Source of the DNA: Ranitomeya imitator | Lineage: Eukaryota | Length of the DNA: 64,000 nt | Direction of reading: 5' to 3' | Assembly (NCBI RefSeq): GCF_032444005.1 | Contig: NC_091286.1 | Location: 235,290,001 to 235,354,000 of the forward strand | In this document: piece by piece, positions 59,970 to 64,000 of the stretch | Position numbering within the stretch: the stretch's first letter is position 1 | Layout of the letters: each line of letters starts with the position of its first letter | Program-made: the position numbers and the translations under genes | Notes under the pieces: generated by a model | The model's input: only the letters and a program-made list of their open reading frames with translations | Databases searched by the model: none | What the model was told of the DNA's origin: nothing

Positions 59970-60665
59970 AGGTACCGTCACATTAAGCGACGCTGCAGCG
60001 ATATAGACAAAGATGCCGATCGCTGCAGCGTTGCTGTTTAGTCGTTGTGTGGTCGCTGGAGAGCTGTCACACAGACAGCTCTCCAGCGACCAACGATGCC
60101 GAAGTCCCCGGGTAACCAGGGTAAACATCAGGTTACTAAGCGCAGGGCCGCGCTTAGTAACCCGATGTTTACCCTGGTTACCATTGTAAATGTAAAAAAA
60201 AAAAGCACTACATACTCACATTCTGGTGTCTGTCACGTCCCCCGGCGTCAGCTTCCCTGCACTGTGTAAGCGCCAGCCGTAAAGCAGAGCGGTGACGCCG
60301 GGGGACGCGACAGACACCGGAATGTAAGTATGTAGTGCTTTTTTTTTTTTTTTTTTTTACATTTACAATGGTAACCAGGGTAAATATCGGGTTACTAAGC
60401 GCAGCCCTGCGCTTAGTAACCCGATGTTTACCCTGGTTACAAGTGAACACATCGCTGGATCGGCGTCACACACGCCTATTCAGCAATGTCAACGGGTGAT
60501 CCAGCGACGAAATAAAGTTCTGGCCTTCTATCTCCGACCAGCGATGTCACAGCAGTATCCAGATCGCTGCTGCGTGTCAAACACAACGATATCGCTATCC
60601 AGGACGCTGCAACGTCACGGATCGCTATCGTTACCGTTCTAAAGTTGCTCAGTGTGAAGGTACCT
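59970..60665. mobile_element. Harbinger-type MITE (AGGTACC family)
   Basis: TAA|AGGTACCGTCAC ... GTGAAGGTACCT|TTA (imperfect TSD); same internal hairpins as 10122-10737. Confidence 0.85.
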
Positions 60666-60761
60666 TTAGTTCAGTGTATTTGTGACTCCCTGACAAGTTT
60701 CCCTAGCGAAAGACAATTGAAACCGTACAATATTGTGGTCGCTATTTCCTAGATGCCCGAC

Positions 60762-61557
60762 TGTTGTGAATTCCGCTCTTGGGCTCCCTCCGGTGGTTAT
60801 AAGTGGCACTTTTGTGAGTTCTGCTCTTGGGCTCCCTCTTGTGGTTTCTAGTGGTATGGCTGCTCCTTGGAGTTAGCTGTCATCAGCTGCCTCCACTTAT
60901 CGTCTCTTCTGCTCGGCTATTTAAGTCTGGCTCTATCTTCAGCCAGTGCCACTTGTAAATGGTTCCTGGTTGGATTCACATCTCTTTGGAGTTCCCTGTT
61001 ATCCTGACCAGTTCAGCTAAGCTAAGTTTTTGCTTGCCCTTTTCTGTCCATAGATTGTGAACTTATCCATTCTGTGCTTTCTATGTTTGTCCAGCTTATC
61101 AGTGTGAATTAATTCTGTCTTGCTGGAAGCTCTGGGAGGCAGATTTGCCCTCCACACATTTAGTCAGGTGCGGAGATTTTTTGTAAACTCTGCGTGGATT
61201 TTTGTAGTGTTTTATACTGACCGCACAATATTCTATCCTGTCCTATCTATTTAGTTAGACTGGCCTCCTGTGCTCATCCTGGTTTCATTCTGTATATGTA
61301 TTTTCCCTCTCCACTCACAGTCATTATTTGTGGGGGGCTAATCTATCCTTTGGGGATTTTCTCTGAGGCAAGATAGCTTTCCTGCTTCTTTCCTTAGGGG
61401 TAGTTAGCTCTTAGGCTGTGACGAGATGCCTAGGGAGAGTTAGGAGCATTCCACGGCTACTTCTAGTGTTGTGTTGAGCTTAGGGACTGCGGTCAGTACA
61501 GTTACCACTTCCTTCGGAGCTCGTTCCATGTTGCTCCTAGACCACCATATCATAACA
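60762..61557 (+). mobile_element. Solo LTR (796 bp)
   Basis: TGTTGTG...CATAACA termini; CCCGAC duplicated on both sides; TATTTAA motif; removing it restores the CR1 reading QDVG|HLG. Confidence 0.9.
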
Positions 61558-61875
61558 CCCGACGTCCTGCAGATTTCTAATTCTGTCAGGTCTATTAGAT
61601 AGTATTAGGTCTAAAAGTGCTGCTCCTCTGGTTGGATTGTGCACCAATTGTGAAAGATAATTTTTCTTGGTTATTAGCAGAAACCTGTTGCCTTTATGGG
61701 TTTTGCAGGTCTCTGTTTCCCAGTTAATATCCGGGTAGTTAAAGTCCCTCATAACAAGGACCTCATTATGGGTTGCAGCTTCATCTGTCTGCCTTAGTAG
61801 TAGACTTTCCATGGTTTCTGTTATATTTGTGGGTTTGTAACAGACCCCAATGAGAATTTTGTTACTAGTTTTCCC

Positions 61876-62515
61876 AACAAAGGATTAACCTGACCGCTAA
61901 ATGGCGTAGCGAGAAAAAAAATCAAAACGCCAAAATTATGTTTTTTTTGGTCGCCGCAACATTGCATTAAAATGAAATAACAGGCGATCAAAAGAACGCA
62001 TCTACACCAAAACAGTATCATTAAAAACGCCAGCTCGGCACGCAAAAAATAAGCCCTCACCTGACCCCAGATCACGAAAATTGGAGACGCTACGGGATCG
62101 GAAAATCCCCCCCCCTTTTTTTTTTTTTTTTTTTTAAGCAAACTTTGGAATTTTTTTTCACCACTTAGATAAAAGATAACCTAGACATGTTAGGTGTCTA
62201 TGAACTCGTAATGACCTGGAGAATCATAATGGCAGGTCAGTTTTAGCATTTGGTGAACCTAGCAAAAAAGCCAAACAAAAAACAAGTGTGAGATTGCACT
62301 TTTTTGCAATTTCATCACACTTGGAATTTTTTTTCCCGTTTTCTGTTGTACGGCATGGTAAAACCAATGGTATCGTTCAAAAGTTCATCTCGTCCCGCAA
62401 AAAATAAGCCCACACATGGCCATATTGACGGAAAAATAAAAAAGATATGGCTCTGGGAAGGAGGGGAACAAAAAACGAAAATGAAAAAGCGGAAAAAGCT
62501 CCGGGGGTAAAGGGG
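61876..62515. mobile_element. Terminal fragment of a piggyBac-like non-autonomous element
   Basis: Ends GGGTAAAGGGG|TTAA; AT-rich subterminal sequence. Confidence 0.65.
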
Positions 62516-63290
62516 TTAAAATTGGAAGTTGGGTATTAAAACAGTGAGTTTTCTTCTGTACAGCCAATGTGAAGGATGACATTATCCTAAGTGGAGATGA
62601 GCGAATTTGCTCGGGTTCCCTTATCCGGCAAGCTATAGTGATTGCCGAATAAGCTGCAGAGGGAACCCGGCTTCCTGTATCGTGTCCGCCCATCAGCTAA
62701 TTGGCGCCGCAAGATGCATGTGTCGCGGCTGTGTCACTAATGTGTCTAATCCTATGCAGAATGTTCTCATTTTTGAGGAATGAAAGCACACGTGTTTTCG
62801 CAGAAGATTTCAACCAACAGCACAGTTTTCCAAACTTCTTGCCATTGCCGAATAGCGCCTGATAGGGAAAACAATGGAGTATCTGAAGTTGCAGCTTGAA
62901 CCATCCTCCAAATTTTGCATCAGTACTACTTATCCTCTTTCAGATGTTGTAGAATCAGAATTTTGGATGGGTGACATTTATGAGAACGCAACATTTATGA
63001 TTTGAGTCATGAATAACCTAAGAATGCAGAAACAGACTAAGCATGCTACATTGCAAGTACTTGCTTGTCAGTAAGGCCAGAATAGTGAGTGACTTGTCCT
63101 AGCAGGATACCCATTTTCCCTCAGCTTGTGTCTAAAATTGAATCACAATCTGTCAAACCATCTTCATCTTTTGAGATGACCTGCATAACAAAAATGGAAC
63201 CTGTGGGGTAGTGGCCAACTTAAGATAAAAGCTCTGATTGATACGATGTGATCCTGTGTATGCATATGTTGCCTGTGATGACACCAATGG

Positions 63291-64000
63291 TGTCACTTGT
63301 GCTGCTTAGGGGGCGCTATCAGGGGGCAAGAGAACGAGCGCAGGGAGTGCAGAACCAAGGCACGGTGTGCGCAAGGACCTGACACTAAGCAGTGAGCACA
63401 GGACCTGGCACTGTGCAGTCACGTGACCAGGGGGCGGAGTAACCGCATGTGAGTGCAGGGAAGGTAACTGACTGCACGGAGTCCAAGGCACAGACAGTAA
63501 AACATGATCAAGGAAAGCTGAGGGTCAAAAGCCAGACGAGAGCATAGTACCTAGCGAAAAGACAAAGCGTAAACGGAGACAAGCCAAGGGGGCAGGTAAC
63601 CGGAAACAACAGAGCAGTACAAAGCAGGATACAGAGGCAAGAGTCAGGGGACAAACCGGGTCATACACAGCAAAGCACACACGCACAGTGGAACAATGTT
63701 TATGGACAAGTAACCTGAGTCAGCAACCACAAACCGAGAAATACGGAAGTATCTCCGACACCAAATCTAGGAACTGCCAACATTAAATGCCCACCCCAGA
63801 ACCAAAGAGAGGCGAACTAAACTTAACCGTGACCTGACCAGGATGGAGGTGGAACCATCCTGTCCAGAGTCATGACAGTACCCCCCTTTCATTGGGGGCC
63901 ACCGGACCCCCAGGTTTCCCAGGAAACCGGGCATGAAGGGAGTGCACTAGACGATCAGCATGAACTGACCTGGCAGGATCGGTCTTCAGGACCATACCCC
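63291..64000 (-). mobile_element. 3' LTR (~63291-63877) and chromodomain-coding end of another Gypsy chromovirus, continuing beyond the window
   Basis: CATGACA|GTACCCCCC LTR/PPT junction identical in form to 41817; minus strand GYGPEDRS..VHADRLV..PGKPGGPVA; exact left LTR edge uncertain. Confidence 0.85.

Larger units (their letters stand above)
57863..61875 (-). mobile_element. CR1-clade LINE ORF2 remnant (endonuclease to RT), split by three insertions
   Basis: KILIGVC, DFNYPDINW, LLDLILSN, PGPDGIHP, YRPVSLTSIVGK, QHGF..CQTNL and YLDFSKAFDTVPH rejoin across the insertions. Confidence 0.92.

Noticed and set aside
1-64000. rRNA, tRNA, prokaryotic operons or defence systems
   Set aside because: No supporting sequence found on either strand

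Overview
Eukaryotic, repeat-dense genomic DNA, most likely from a frog (inferred from the repeat families; not verifiable from the sequence alone). No prokaryotic genes, rRNA, tRNA or CRISPR array. The window is a nested mosaic of transposable elements with two short N-gaps. The centrepiece is a complete 5,537-bp DIRS1-type tyrosine-recombinase retrotransposon (4225-9761). It has identical 96-bp inverted terminal repeats (ITRs), an internal complementary region (ICR) and uninterrupted gag, RT/RNaseH/methyltransferase-like and recombinase frames. It also shows a candidate intron in the gag leader and a single in-frame CAA-TGA-C stop between gag and pol. Other elements: a second, decayed DIRS whose terminal extensions are oriented opposite to its ORFs; a full-length degenerate Gypsy chromovirus with a Tf1-type self-priming signature; a ~2.1-kb foldback inside a Harbinger-type element; a 5.3-kb non-coding piggyBac-like element; Tc1, mariner, Chapaev-like, CR1 and L2 remnants; Penelope-like inserts with hammerhead-like motifs; and many MITEs, some carrying a 60-bp minisatellite. 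At most one or two short candidate host exons were found. Most ORFs in the supplied track are repeat artefacts. All counts and alignments were done by eye.
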